A model generated the notes under the pieces. It was not told where the DNA came from. It did not search any database and worked only from the letters and a program-made list of their open reading frames with translations. Shown here in pieces: positions 9,169-19,528 of a stretch of DNA of 64,000 nt. A program made the translations under genes and the position numbers. Every line of letters starts with the position of its first letter. Position 1 is the first letter of the stretch. The stretch is from positions 64,001 through 128,000 of the IMG/VR virus record IMGVR_UViG_3300011008_000016. One strand, written 5' to 3'. Origin of the DNA: a virus. Taxonomy: Duplodnaviria > Caudoviricetes.

Positions 9169-11091
9169 TTACATGTTCTCAGCCGTTACAGCAGAATCAT
9201 AGTTCTTGATCTTGAGCTGGAACGCGAACGGAACGTAAGGACGTGTGAAGAACGTAGCAACACACATTACGTTCGGGTTGTTCGGCATCTCGCGTACCCT
9301 GTGGTCACGATCAAAGTACAGAGCCCTCTTGAAATGTTTCCAAGTAAGGAAGTTCTGCTCGTTGATCGGGAAGCCAAGTCCGCGAATTCCATCCTCTTCC
9401 TTGAATTTCAGGGAAGTGATGATACGAAGAGCATTTCCATCCTGAGTCGTAACACCCATGTTGTAGTCGGAACGGATTCCGCCAATGATGTTATCGCCAG
9501 CATTGACCTTCCAGTCGAAATTACTTCCGACAAAGAGAGAAGCCACATTCGGATGGCAATATGCTGTAAGTCTGAACGGCTCGTTCTGGCAGGTCCTGCG
9601 AGCTTCACGAATAATCGCATTCAGCTCATTGCTGACCTTATCCTGTAAGTACTCAAGCCGCTTCATGTACGGATTATTCTGATCATACGCAACATCCACT
9701 GTACGCGTAATGAACACACGACCTTTGAAGTGAATGAACGGATGCTCAGTGACACCACGCCACTTCTCGGTCTCATCCTGAATCGTCTTGACGATAGAAG
9801 TATCCTCAAGATTGTTGTAAATCTCTGTCAGGCGGTTAATACCCCAAGCGATGATATCGATGGAAGCAGTCTCGTTGTACAAACGCATATCCTCAACAGT
9901 GATAGGCAGATTTGCACGATACCCTTCCGGGATTGGATGCTGCCATGCATCGTATTCATCTCTGAACGACAGATATTCCATGTTATTCTTATTGGACAGA
10001 TTTCCGCCGAAGCGAACCTGCTTTACAAGACCGTTCATGGAAACAACGCTGACACGAGCGGTATACTCGTCGTAGGTAGCCATCAGGACATCCTCGGCAT
10101 ATCTCTCGATATTACCAGCAGCATCCTTAACAGGGAACCTTACCTTACCGCCAATCTGGTTCTTCGGGCTAATAGCGGTCGTATCCAGATACTTCTCAAG
10201 TCCAGAAATCTCAACCATATAGCTCTCGCCCGCAGAGTTCGTAACCATAGCACGAGCGGCATCAATGCAAACATTGATATCCAGTGCGTCGCCGATTTCA
10301 CGAGCCCCACCAGACTCACCAAGCAGGTCAAGGTCTTCGACCCTACCAGCCTTATCTGTGAACTTATATTTCTTTTCAGAACTTCCTTCACCCTCAGTGA
10401 AATCAGGAGTACCAGTGGAAGAAGCCTCAAGCTCCTCAACACCATCCTCCGGATACCAAGTGGAAGTAACCCTCGGTCCCTTAGCGGACTGAAGGATTTC
10501 AGCCGTTGCATCGTAATCGTTGTATACATCCGGCTCAAGATGACGCTGTCCATCCTTCGTTACGATGTACTTGAACTGCTCCTTAATACGAATGAAGTGC
10601 TGCTTCGGCACGATGTAAGGAAGTAGATCCTTTCCGACAAGCGGAAGATATGTACGAATGATAACAAAAGGTAAGAAAGCATCGTAAGGCGTTAATTCGC
10701 CAATACCCCTTTGGTTCGCATTTGCTACACGCATTTCGGTGGTAGAATTCTCCAGAAGTCTCTGGAGGTTTCCTCTATGCAAGTCAGCCATGCCAACTGC
10801 TTCGGAGACTTCGTCATCGTCTTCGGTCATGCTCTCAAGGAAAACGCACGCACCTTTTTCGTAACTATTATCACCGAATAACTGCAAGCCATTGGAGTTA
10901 TCTACTGACTCCATTGCCATCGCAATGGTCGTATCTTCGAAATCTTTACTGTAAAGACTCATCGGGTCCCGAATAGGATCAGCGTAACCGGCTACTCGTC
11001 CAATGAATGATTCCATGGACTGGACAAGGTCTTCCGGAGTCTCACGCTTATACATATTGAGACGCTGAGTTCTGTTCATACCAGCACTCAT
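9169..11091 (-). CDS. major capsid protein precursor
   Basis: 640 aa; strongly biased codon usage; acidic propeptide with xMES/xLES/LLEN sites; HK97-like C-terminal region; near terminase. Confidence 0.75.
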   Translation of the reverse strand: MSAGMNRTQRLNMYKRETPEDLVQSMESFIGRVAGYADPIRDPMSLYSKDFEDTTIAMAMESVDNSNGLQLFGDNSYEKGACVFLESMTEDDDEVSEAVGMADLHRGNLQRLLENSTTEMRVANANQRGIGELTPYDAFLPFVIIRTYLPLVGKDLLPYIVPKQHFIRIKEQFKYIVTKDGQRHLEPDVYNDYDATAEILQSAKGPRVTSTWYPEDGVEELEASSTGTPDFTEGEGSSEKKYKFTDKAGRVEDLDLLGESGGAREIGDALDINVCIDAARAMVTNSAGESYMVEISGLEKYLDTTAISPKNQIGGKVRFPVKDAAGNIERYAEDVLMATYDEYTARVSVVSMNGLVKQVRFGGNLSNKNNMEYLSFRDEYDAWQHPIPEGYRANLPITVEDMRLYNETASIDIIAWGINRLTEIYNNLEDTSIVKTIQDETEKWRGVTEHPFIHFKGRVFITRTVDVAYDQNNPYMKRLEYLQDKVSNELNAIIREARRTCQNEPFRLTAYCHPNVASLFVGSNFDWKVNAGDNIIGGIRSDYNMGVTTQDGNALRIITSLKFKEEDGIRGLGFPINEQNFLTWKHFKRALYFDRDHRVREMPNNPNVMCVATFFTRPYVPFAFQLKIKNYDSAVTAENM

Positions 11092-13916
11092 GACTTGTTA
11101 TTCCTCCTTCTATTCTTTATTTTTGTACCCTCATCGCCTAAATCTACTGCTGCTTTAAACAGTTTCAGATTCATTCTCAGAGTACTCATGAGAATATTGT
11201 AGTAATAAAGGTTGAACGCGTAATCACTCTCACTGAATTGGAACTGGATGAATTTTTCAATGAAAGTCTTTACGTCCTGGAGGTTCTTTACCACCTTAGC
11301 CATGATACTATTAGCATCTGGTGTTGGTAGCACGACTCCATTTACCGAGTCCAATACATCTATTACTGTTTGATGCATGGACAGAAAACTGTTCAACAGG
11401 AAGTAATTCTTTATTTCTTTGTTGTCATAACGGTTTCCATTTTCATTATTATCTTCCTCTGTAGAGGAATCATCAGAAGATGTATCATCTGTTGAATTAT
11501 CGTCTCCAGAATCATCCATACCTTCATCGCCTTCTGTGGTATCATCCTCTCCCATTCCCTCGGCTCCAGCATCATCAGCCATATCTGTATAATCAGTGGC
11601 TTCTTCATCCCCACCATCATTCTCAGTTGATTCTTCATCACCTGTATCATCTGGTGTATCATCGGTTGGTTCTGTTACTTCTTCTCCTTCATCTTCTGTT
11701 CCAGTATCGTCAGGAGCATTTTCTTCTCCTTCATCTGGATTGTCTTCACTACCATCAGAAGTTTCGTCTGTTTCATCATCGGTTGGTTCATCTGGTGTTT
11801 CTTCGTCAGAGTCATCATCGTCTTCAGCACCAGCTTCATCAGCCATATTGGTATAATCCGTAGCTCCTTCTCCACCGGTAGCTTCGTCAGGTTCAGCATT
11901 GTCATCATCCGATTCTGCACCTTCTTCATCTGCCATATCAGTGTAATCTGTAGCCGTTTCTGGCTCTTCCTCATCATCGTCATCATCTGCTTCCATAACA
12001 GATTTCAGATTTAATGTACGAACTTCAGCAGCTTCCATTTGAGCCATATATTCCATCTGATTGGATTGACATTCAGCTAATGATGCATAAATCATATTAA
12101 CAACTCGACTACTGAAATCAGCAAAATCTCCAGTATCTTCTGTACCATCCCATTCGTCATCAAAATCACCTCGTTCGAATTGTTGTAACATCATTCGCAG
12201 TACACCTTTTTCTTTATCACAAATTTGATATCTTTTCTGAGGTGGTAATGATTTATCTTGAACCTCTTTAGCTAATTGCTCAAGAGTTTTTAGATAATCT
12301 TTTAATGAGAAGTTCTCAGTAACTAGTTGATAATATTTCCCAAAACGGTTTTTCTTACCGACTTTAATGTCTTTCATATGGAACCGTTTTATACGTCTGA
12401 TGATATTATTGGCTAACTCTTCTTCCTCATCCTTTTTTGCGTAATTGAAGAATTTAATAGCCGATTTAACATGTTTTTCATCAGGTATTGGATAAGCTTT
12501 TCTCTCAGGGAGACCATAGCAATCATCAGGATATTTCTTCTCCATTATGATGTCACCTATATTGAATGCTTCAAAAATAGGCTCATCAATCTGACAAGAG
12601 AAATCCGGAAGATGAATGTCGTCATCCATAAACTCCAGATTATGAGTTTTCATATATTCCTCAATGTCATCTCCTGGCTGAATATCTCCGTTTATTCTTG
12701 CATCATCTAATCTTTCCCGAATAAATTTCTCATCCAAATAGTTATGGGTTTTGAATGATTTATATTCGCTTACCTTTGGAAAAATAACATCCTCTGTATT
12801 TTCGTTTGTTATCTCTATGATATCTTTAAAATCATAAATTGATACATTGAATACATCTCTTCTTTCATAAGGAATATCTGACTCTCTGAATGTATATTCC
12901 TTTAAAGAAGGGTCATTCCCAATTCCAATATCGAGTCCTTTAGCGTTAATTGTATATACGTAGAATCGACACTTTTTATCAAGTAAGTCTCGTTCCTGAA
13001 TATAATCAAGAACCTTCTTACTCATAACAAGATACCCATTGACAAATAATACTTTCAAATCTTTGGAATCTTGAATTCCATATCCAGGTTCAAATGTTTC
13101 ATTCAGCATATTTGTAAACGCCTTTGAAGCTCCATAAAGTTTTGCATAGTCAAATTCACCAAAACAAAAAGTAGACCAACCTGGTTTCTCAAAGGAATTA
13201 CCAAGGTCTATACTCATTGGTTTAAATTTGTCTATTTCACAAACTGTACCGTGGAATAATTTTTCTCCCGGTACAATGATAGGGGAATTATTATCTGTTG
13301 ATTCGTTGATAATGTCTCCTCTGTACGCATTTAATGCAAACTTTGCTTCATCTGAGACAAATTGAGAATGTATTAAGGCTTCAACATGTTCTCGTCTGAG
13401 ATATTTAGCTACTTTAGGAATTTCATAGAATTTTCCGTTCGTAGCCATATCATCATCCAAATCCTTTTCTTCTATCTTGGATTTGTCATATGGCCCATCA
13501 TAAACTCCAATGAATACATCTGAGATACTTCCGACATATTCTATTGGCATATCACCGCCCTTTAGAAGAAATCCAGGTTCATACATTTCATAACACTGAA
13601 TCCCGGAATTATACACTAAAGCAACGCTTAGCAGAGCTTCTTCATTAGTTTCGGCAATCGCTTGTTCAGACTTAGAAGAATCTGCATCTATGGAACCACC
13701 TGGTATCCGATATTCATATTTCTTTTTATCGGGTGGTACCTTATCTATATTATCCTTGATTCTGAGAAATATTTCTCTTCCGTTTCGTAATACAAGCATT
13801 TCAACCCTTGGTCTGTATGGTTTGTCTTTAAACCATACAATCGGGTGATACACTCCTTTATATATAAAGGAAGGATCACCAACCTTAATGGGTTTTCCAC
13901 CATCAGGTATAATCAT
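11088..13916 (-). CDS. multidomain head polyprotein: Nudix + ART-like + DUF6582-like + acidic repeats
   Basis: Nudix-box variant PGGSIDADSSKSEQAIAETNEEA; LFHGT...YVY...EY; YGLPERKAYPIPDEKHVKSAIKFF; stop overlaps capsid start (ATGA). Confidence 0.6.
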   Translation of the reverse strand: MIIPDGGKPIKVGDPSFIYKGVYHPIVWFKDKPYRPRVEMLVLRNGREIFLRIKDNIDKVPPDKKKYEYRIPGGSIDADSSKSEQAIAETNEEALLSVALVYNSGIQCYEMYEPGFLLKGGDMPIEYVGSISDVFIGVYDGPYDKSKIEEKDLDDDMATNGKFYEIPKVAKYLRREHVEALIHSQFVSDEAKFALNAYRGDIINESTDNNSPIIVPGEKLFHGTVCEIDKFKPMSIDLGNSFEKPGWSTFCFGEFDYAKLYGASKAFTNMLNETFEPGYGIQDSKDLKVLFVNGYLVMSKKVLDYIQERDLLDKKCRFYVYTINAKGLDIGIGNDPSLKEYTFRESDIPYERRDVFNVSIYDFKDIIEITNENTEDVIFPKVSEYKSFKTHNYLDEKFIRERLDDARINGDIQPGDDIEEYMKTHNLEFMDDDIHLPDFSCQIDEPIFEAFNIGDIIMEKKYPDDCYGLPERKAYPIPDEKHVKSAIKFFNYAKKDEEEELANNIIRRIKRFHMKDIKVGKKNRFGKYYQLVTENFSLKDYLKTLEQLAKEVQDKSLPPQKRYQICDKEKGVLRMMLQQFERGDFDDEWDGTEDTGDFADFSSRVVNMIYASLAECQSNQMEYMAQMEAAEVRTLNLKSVMEADDDDDEEEPETATDYTDMADEEGAESDDDNAEPDEATGGEGATDYTNMADEAGAEDDDDSDEETPDEPTDDETDETSDGSEDNPDEGEENAPDDTGTEDEGEEVTEPTDDTPDDTGDEESTENDGGDEEATDYTDMADDAGAEGMGEDDTTEGDEGMDDSGDDNSTDDTSSDDSSTEEDNNENGNRYDNKEIKNYFLLNSFLSMHQTVIDVLDSVNGVVLPTPDANSIMAKVVKNLQDVKTFIEKFIQFQFSESDYAFNLYYYNILMSTLRMNLKLFKAAVDLGDEGTKIKNRRRNNKS
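11562..11955 (-). repeat. three ATDYT(D/N)MAD(E/D)xGAE peptide repeats in a D/E-rich tract
   Basis: read from the translation of 11088-13916. Confidence 0.85.
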
Positions 13917-13944
13917 CGGATTATCCTCCTTTCTATTACTTGAT

Positions 13945-13956
13945 TAAATGCTTGTG
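13945..13956 (-). promoter_or_regulatory. late-type promoter of the capsid operon
   Basis: CACAagcattTAAT upstream of the RBS of the 13916 start. Confidence 0.65.
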
Positions 13957-14062
13957 GACTGGAACCAATTTCTACGAACTAAGCTGAAATTCAATGATAT
14001 ATTATACGAATATATAAGAGTTCTTATATACATACATATTTTACATCAAAGGAGGTATTATC

Positions 14063-14245
14063 ATGATGAAAAAGAGGTTGCTTAAAAGTTTTGGTGAGAC
14101 GATTGACGAGAATTTTACCGCAGAAGATTTTTCTGGTAATCTCGGTGAGTTGCTTGCTGATCCAGTTGCAGACAGGATGCCCGATCACATTCGTCAGTTC
14201 GTACAGACGGTTTACGAACTGGCGTGTTCAGTTGTGATGAAATAA
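14063..14245 (+). CDS. small hypothetical early protein
   Basis: AAAGGAGG RBS; TATATTAT at 13998. Confidence 0.7.
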   Translation: MMKKRLLKSFGETIDENFTAEDFSGNLGELLADPVADRMPDHIRQFVQTVYELACSVVMK

Positions 14246-14286
14246 CTATGAAAGGAGACTTATGGCGTTGGAAAGGGGTGGATATA

Positions 14287-15225
14287 ATGGATCAAAATGT
14301 TTATAAAGATTCTGCAACAATGAAAAGACTGCTTGACAATAGATTACAGAAACTTGGTCCGGTCATATACGGATATAATCACTACGAGAAATTTAAGGTA
14401 TTCGAGGTGCAGCGTTTAGGTGAAAGTGACTATATTCTTGGAATACAAGGTGGTATATCATGTGGTAGAAATTTCTATAGATTCCACCGTAAGGAATACG
14501 AGAGACTTTATCCAAATGTATTCCAAAAAGAAGATAGGTTGCTCCCTGCTTTATCTGCATTCTCGGAATCAACAGAACTCGTTCAGGCACAAGAAACACT
14601 CGATAACTTTACGACAATGGATTTTTCATCCGCTAAGTTCATCCCAATTGATTGGATTGATAAAGATATTGTATTTAAGCCTGGTAATCAAGTAATACGG
14701 GATTTGATAGATGTTACATTTGAAACCTTTGTTATTACGGAGATATTGAAAGGCGTTCATGGAAATGTAAAACATTTATCAAAGCTTACATTATCAAGCT
14801 TATTCACAATTATGCTACATGCAGTTAGTGTAGACTCAGTTCATCATCACAATGGTTGGCGGATAGAAAATGAAAGACAGAAAGATGAAGAAGTTCACGA
14901 TTTTGAATTTAGGATAGGAGACTTAACAGATAAAGAACTTGATCAGTTGGAGATAAAAAGTAAACGGGAGGGAACATGGTTATCTCAGTATGAAGAACAT
15001 TCTTTGGTTGTACTTCAGGGACAAGAGATGGACCTTGATACAAATGCTAAAGACGTTGTTAGAATAAAGGGTATTCGACCTGGTAATGCCCTAAACCTTT
15101 ATCATAAACCGGTGGATAAAGGTATTATGTTCGCAATGATGTATATCGTTGTAAATATGATTAATTCTCAGTCGGAAAACCATCCGATGATTGTTGATAA
15201 AAAGAAAGGAGTTAAAGAAGTGTGA
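14287..15225 (+). CDS. hypothetical protein
   Basis: start moved to ATG 14287 after GAAAGGGG. Confidence 0.75.
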   Translation: MDQNVYKDSATMKRLLDNRLQKLGPVIYGYNHYEKFKVFEVQRLGESDYILGIQGGISCGRNFYRFHRKEYERLYPNVFQKEDRLLPALSAFSESTELVQAQETLDNFTTMDFSSAKFIPIDWIDKDIVFKPGNQVIRDLIDVTFETFVITEILKGVHGNVKHLSKLTLSSLFTIMLHAVSVDSVHHHNGWRIENERQKDEEVHDFEFRIGDLTDKELDQLEIKSKREGTWLSQYEEHSLVVLQGQEMDLDTNAKDVVRIKGIRPGNALNLYHKPVDKGIMFAMMYIVVNMINSQSENHPMIVDKKKGVKEV

Positions 15226-15917
15226 GAAAAGAAACTGCAAACGCCTTAATTGATACTATAATAAAAACAGCAGAACTCTTAAAGGGAGAGACTGTTGCTG
15301 AGGATAGCCCAGATTCATTAATGAATGATGGTAAATTATCCAATGATAATTTTATACAGGTAATCAGACCCGCTGAGATAACTATTGGTCGAGTTGATCT
15401 TAATGATTATCTTAGGTTTTCAATATATGGAAAGTACTATTCAGCAACTGCGATTAAGCAAGAAACAGATTCTATGCTATTCTGTTTTAATAATTGTCTT
15501 TCTGATGATGTTCCTATGTTTACCGAGGAACCAGTTAATGGCGGGTATGACGTGTCTGATTTACGGAAATTTTTAAAGAAAATAGAGAACGAATTCCCTG
15601 CGAATATCAAAAAGCGTATGATTCCATTCAAGAATGGTGATTTGTTACGAATTGCTACCTGTGAGGAAATTCTTGATAAATACGAATTTGTTGATAGATC
15701 ATGTGAAGATTTGGGAGGTAATCAGATTCCGTACTTCAAAAATTTTAAGAAAAGGATTGCACTAAGAGATGATGAACCTGAATGGTATTGGATGCAAAAC
15801 AGGATTAAAGGAAGTCCATCGTACTTCGCAATTTGTTATCATGATGGACGCTGTGGTTCTTCTGATCCAACTGTTCCGCATGGTGTACGCCCATTCTTTC
15901 AAATTCGAAATATATAG
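15222..15917 (+). CDS. DUF6273-like (C-type lectin fold) protein
   Basis: GGYDVSDLRKFL...WYWMQ...FA.C...G...GVRPFF. Confidence 0.7.
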   Translation: MRKETANALIDTIIKTAELLKGETVAEDSPDSLMNDGKLSNDNFIQVIRPAEITIGRVDLNDYLRFSIYGKYYSATAIKQETDSMLFCFNNCLSDDVPMFTEEPVNGGYDVSDLRKFLKKIENEFPANIKKRMIPFKNGDLLRIATCEEILDKYEFVDRSCEDLGGNQIPYFKNFKKRIALRDDEPEWYWMQNRIKGSPSYFAICYHDGRCGSSDPTVPHGVRPFFQIRNI

Positions 15918-16066
15918 TTGTTAAGTAAGTTATTTTTATCGTTCAACTGTCTAAGTTAATATAAAGGCAGTTGAACGATTGTATTTCAGTAATGAACTCA
16001 ACACCCAACTAATGGAAATGATTACCATTTATTTTTTTGTATTCTATATATGAAAGGAGCTATTAG

Positions 16067-17218
16067 ATGAGTGAATTGCTTAGTGATAAAATTTTGACAA
16101 ATATGACAACTCATATTTTGAGTTCAATGAAACTCTCCGCAGAGTGTCATATTGTCGATGGGTATTTGAATCCATATGATTTTTTGAATAACGCAATCAG
16201 TAAATCAGAAAGTTATTGGATTCCGACGATTCAGAAGGCTGCAACGGATACAGATATTTATAAATTCCATTTGCTTCCGTTAAGAACTGATGAAAATGCA
16301 ACTGTTGGGTTTAAGATTACAGCGACAGTTGAGAAATATACAGAAGGTGTATTGGCTTATTCTGACAGAGAGTTACAGTCGTATACATTCCCAGATGATA
16401 CATTGAAGACCTTTTATACCGCTATAGCCACTCTTGTCCAATATTATATAAAAAATAAGAGTTGGCTTGAAGCTGAGGTGGGTACTAGTACAGTCAATGT
16501 CCCTATCTTTCATGCCGATAGATTCAAGACTGTTGATAGCGAAGGGAATGAGACGCCAATCAGTACACAGGTGGATGTCGAAACGTATCAGGAAGAACAG
16601 TCAGGGGAAGCGGCAAAGAAGAAATATGGTGATCCGATAGTGGTTATGAGACCCTCTACCCAAACAATACAAGGTGGTACGGATACATTTACACATAACG
16701 ACTCTATAACGATTGGATTACCGACAGGAGCATATACAGCTACTGTGGTGGCAGTTCCTGGTGATGGAAGTGCAATGTTTGCTTTTGATGCTCTTTATTC
16801 TGAGAAAACATTGATGATTACGGCTGGTGGTATTGCTGGTGGTTATGAAGCTTCTAATTTGAGAAGTTTTCTTCAGGGACTATTTGATCAATTTCCTGAT
16901 GATATCAAGAAGAAATGTGTTGCTTTCAGTAATGGAGATTATTTATCCATACCGACAACTGCTCAATTATTTGGATTAACTCCGGACAATGCAGCCACTA
17001 ATGGACAACTCGAATATTTTAAAGACCGTAGACATCGTATTGCAAACTTGGATGGAGACTGGTATCCGTATTGGTGTCAAGATACCAGTATCAACAATAC
17101 GTTTATCGTGTGTTCGAAAGGTGGAGATTTTGATTATGCGAATTCCAACAATGAAGATGTTGGAATACGGATTTTATTTAAGTTAAAGCTTGATTCGAAC
17201 AAGAAACTTGATGTTTAA
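16067..17218 (+). CDS. protein with C-terminal DUF6273-like domain
   Basis: GGYEASNLRSFL...QLEYFKD...YWCQD...GIRILF; late motif at 16000-16011. Confidence 0.65.
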   Translation: MSELLSDKILTNMTTHILSSMKLSAECHIVDGYLNPYDFLNNAISKSESYWIPTIQKAATDTDIYKFHLLPLRTDENATVGFKITATVEKYTEGVLAYSDRELQSYTFPDDTLKTFYTAIATLVQYYIKNKSWLEAEVGTSTVNVPIFHADRFKTVDSEGNETPISTQVDVETYQEEQSGEAAKKKYGDPIVVMRPSTQTIQGGTDTFTHNDSITIGLPTGAYTATVVAVPGDGSAMFAFDALYSEKTLMITAGGIAGGYEASNLRSFLQGLFDQFPDDIKKKCVAFSNGDYLSIPTTAQLFGLTPDNAATNGQLEYFKDRRHRIANLDGDWYPYWCQDTSINNTFIVCSKGGDFDYANSNNEDVGIRILFKLKLDSNKKLDV

Positions 17219-17279
17219 CTTCTTAGTAAGTGATAAGAAGAAGGATGCGACTCCGAAAGGAACCCCACCCCTCTTCTTA

Positions 17280-18491
17280 TCACCTTTTGTCCGGATCATC
17301 ATCGAAATAAGGATACTCCATATTATCAATATCTGAAATATCCGTTGGACCCATTTGTATTACTCTATACTTTCGATTTGCGAAATCGTATACGTAATCA
17401 GAACCCGGCTTGATATGTAATGAGTCCATTATATCAGGATTCGTATCTGATGGTAACTCAACTCCTTCTACAACCTCTCCATTTCCATCCAATGCAACGA
17501 ATTGATATTGACCATCTGAAAGTTCATATACACAGATATCAACATCTCTTCCCTCGTTTGCGATATAGCCATATTCATCTCCATTAACGATTCCACCACC
17601 ATATCGTAACCCTTGAATTGGCTGTGTTGGGTTGAATCCCATATTCATAGCGAGTCCATCAACCTTAGAAGGGTCAACTTCTTCTCTATTCATAATAGTA
17701 GATGGTTGGTCATCGAAAATAGGATTGTATTCGAAGTTACTATCGACAGGAAACTGTTGTGCACCAAGTTCAGTCATGTTTCTTGGACCACCACTAATGA
17801 TATTACGATAGAACAAATCTGCTACACTATCTGTATCCTGTCCTACCCCTTCTGCACTATCTTTCATTGCTTTAAGTTTCCAGTCAACCTGTTTAGAACG
17901 AAGTGCAGCCATTTCTTTAATAATCTGCAACTTCGTAGTATTGATTCCGTTATAAGCCGCTACTAAATCAGAGTAATTTTTTGTAATACCAACTGACCGG
18001 GCACCGGCTCCTTTTCCACCAGAAGCCATTTTATTCAACTGATTACGGATAGTTGTACCATGAGACTTCACTTCTTTTAGAACTTCTGATAACATTGCAA
18101 GTTCTTTCTTAAACACTTTACCATATTTATCATTGTCATCTACCAAGTTTTCATCTAATTGAAATCCAACCATCTGTTCATCTGTGATGGATTCAATAGG
18201 TGAATACTCTAATGCACTGGATTCTAAATCTGAAACAAAATCTCCCCAATCACTATTAGTCGCAACATTGGTAGGTTTAATAGGTTCCATAGGTTGTATT
18301 GTTGTAACTTCTTCTTGTTTTTCTTCTTCCTTTGGTTTGATATCTTTTATTGAGAACGAATTAGAACCACCTGGTTGCCGTGCAGGTTTTGACATTTGTT
18401 CCAATTCTTTTAGGAATGCTTTACGTTTTTCGTCTTTTTTATATTGCTCAAACTCTTCATCTGAGAGTATTTTAATTTCCCATTTAGCCAT
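17280..18491 (-). CDS. hypothetical protein (late)
   Basis: 403 aa; AACA-N6-TAA at 18518-18529. Confidence 0.8.
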   Translation of the reverse strand: MAKWEIKILSDEEFEQYKKDEKRKAFLKELEQMSKPARQPGGSNSFSIKDIKPKEEEKQEEVTTIQPMEPIKPTNVATNSDWGDFVSDLESSALEYSPIESITDEQMVGFQLDENLVDDNDKYGKVFKKELAMLSEVLKEVKSHGTTIRNQLNKMASGGKGAGARSVGITKNYSDLVAAYNGINTTKLQIIKEMAALRSKQVDWKLKAMKDSAEGVGQDTDSVADLFYRNIISGGPRNMTELGAQQFPVDSNFEYNPIFDDQPSTIMNREEVDPSKVDGLAMNMGFNPTQPIQGLRYGGGIVNGDEYGYIANEGRDVDICVYELSDGQYQFVALDGNGEVVEGVELPSDTNPDIMDSLHIKPGSDYVYDFANRKYRVIQMGPTDISDIDNMEYPYFDDDPDKR

Positions 18492-18609
18492 AATATTCTC
18501 TCCTTTCTAAAGACTATTATAGTCGTGTTAAAATCACAATATTTATTGTAACTCAGATTTTACGACTATATTAACCCTTTACTAAAATAAACTATAAGGA
18601 GGAAAAAGT

Positions 18610-19068
18610 ATGAGAGTTACACCATATATTTCTCGGAAAAATCTGAGTAATAACAGAACAATGAAAATCATCAATAACTCTATTGTTAATCTAGCTCAGA
18701 TAACACTCACAAAACCAGATGAAGATAAGCTTCGGACAATTTATACAAAAGTTGCTGAAGATAACTGGATAGTTGTTTATGAGCTACCTGAACACGATAA
18801 AGAATTTTGTCCGTGCTGTGGAAAACATGTTGACCATTATAATATTTTTGACGGTTACCTTTGTAATGGGTATGAATGTATTGATAATCATACACTTGTA
18901 CAGAGATTAATCAGGTATGTTAGGCAATACAAGACCTTTAGTTTAATCAGTTCTAAAATAATGAAAGAACTTCCTCATGAAAATGCAAATGCCCTCAAAG
19001 CATATGTTTTAGATTATATTGATAGCAATGATAAAACAAATAATAACGGAGGTACAATTAATGCTTGA
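18610..19068 (+). CDS. hypothetical protein with Cys cluster
   Basis: AAGGAGG RBS; CPCC...C...C; TATATTAA at 18567. Confidence 0.75.
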   Translation: MRVTPYISRKNLSNNRTMKIINNSIVNLAQITLTKPDEDKLRTIYTKVAEDNWIVVYELPEHDKEFCPCCGKHVDHYNIFDGYLCNGYECIDNHTLVQRLIRYVRQYKTFSLISSKIMKELPHENANALKAYVLDYIDSNDKTNNNGGTINA

Positions 19069-19522
19069 AGTAATCATGTACACAGATGGTGCTGCAAGAG
19101 GAAATCCTGATGGACCGGGTGGATATGGAATCGTTCTAAAGATAAAGAACGAGAGTGGTGAAGAAACTCAGGCTGAATTTTCAGCAGGGTTTCACAGAAC
19201 CACAAACAATCGTATGGAGCTTCTGGCTGTTATTGTCGGTTTAGAAGCTCTTCAAGAGACTGCAAATGTATTGGTGGTATCTGATTCTAAATATGTCACT
19301 GATACGTTTAATAAGGACTGGATTCATAACTGGAAAAAGAATGGCTGGAGAACTGCGACGAATAAGCCGGTGAAGAATCTTGATCTTTGGCATCGCTTAC
19401 TTAAAGTTATGAAGCATCATAATGTAACCTTTAAATGGATACGGGGACATGATGGTGATTTATTAAATGAACGATGTGACCAGTTAGCTACAGAAGCCGC
19501 AGATAAAATGAAAGGAGAATGA
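19061..19522 (+). CDS. rnhA: ribonuclease HI
   Basis: YTDGA.RGNP.GPGG, TTNNRMEL, SDSKYV, VKNLDLW, WIRGH...NERCD. Confidence 0.95.
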   Translation: MLEVIMYTDGAARGNPDGPGGYGIVLKIKNESGEETQAEFSAGFHRTTNNRMELLAVIVGLEALQETANVLVVSDSKYVTDTFNKDWIHNWKKNGWRTATNKPVKNLDLWHRLLKVMKHHNVTFKWIRGHDGDLLNERCDQLATEAADKMKGE

Positions 19523-19528
19523 TTTTTA

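Noticed and set aside
9091-10626. Long + strand ORFs (9091-9648, 9730-10626) opposite the capsid gene
   Set aside because: Shadow ORFs produced by capsid codon bias; no RBS. The same applies to antisense ORFs over 11411-11986, 37722-38639 and 43999-44463.
19061-19522. RNase HI as a partner of the DGR RT
   Set aside because: It lies about 9 kb away in a separate early operon, and RNase H is a common replication gene in large phages.
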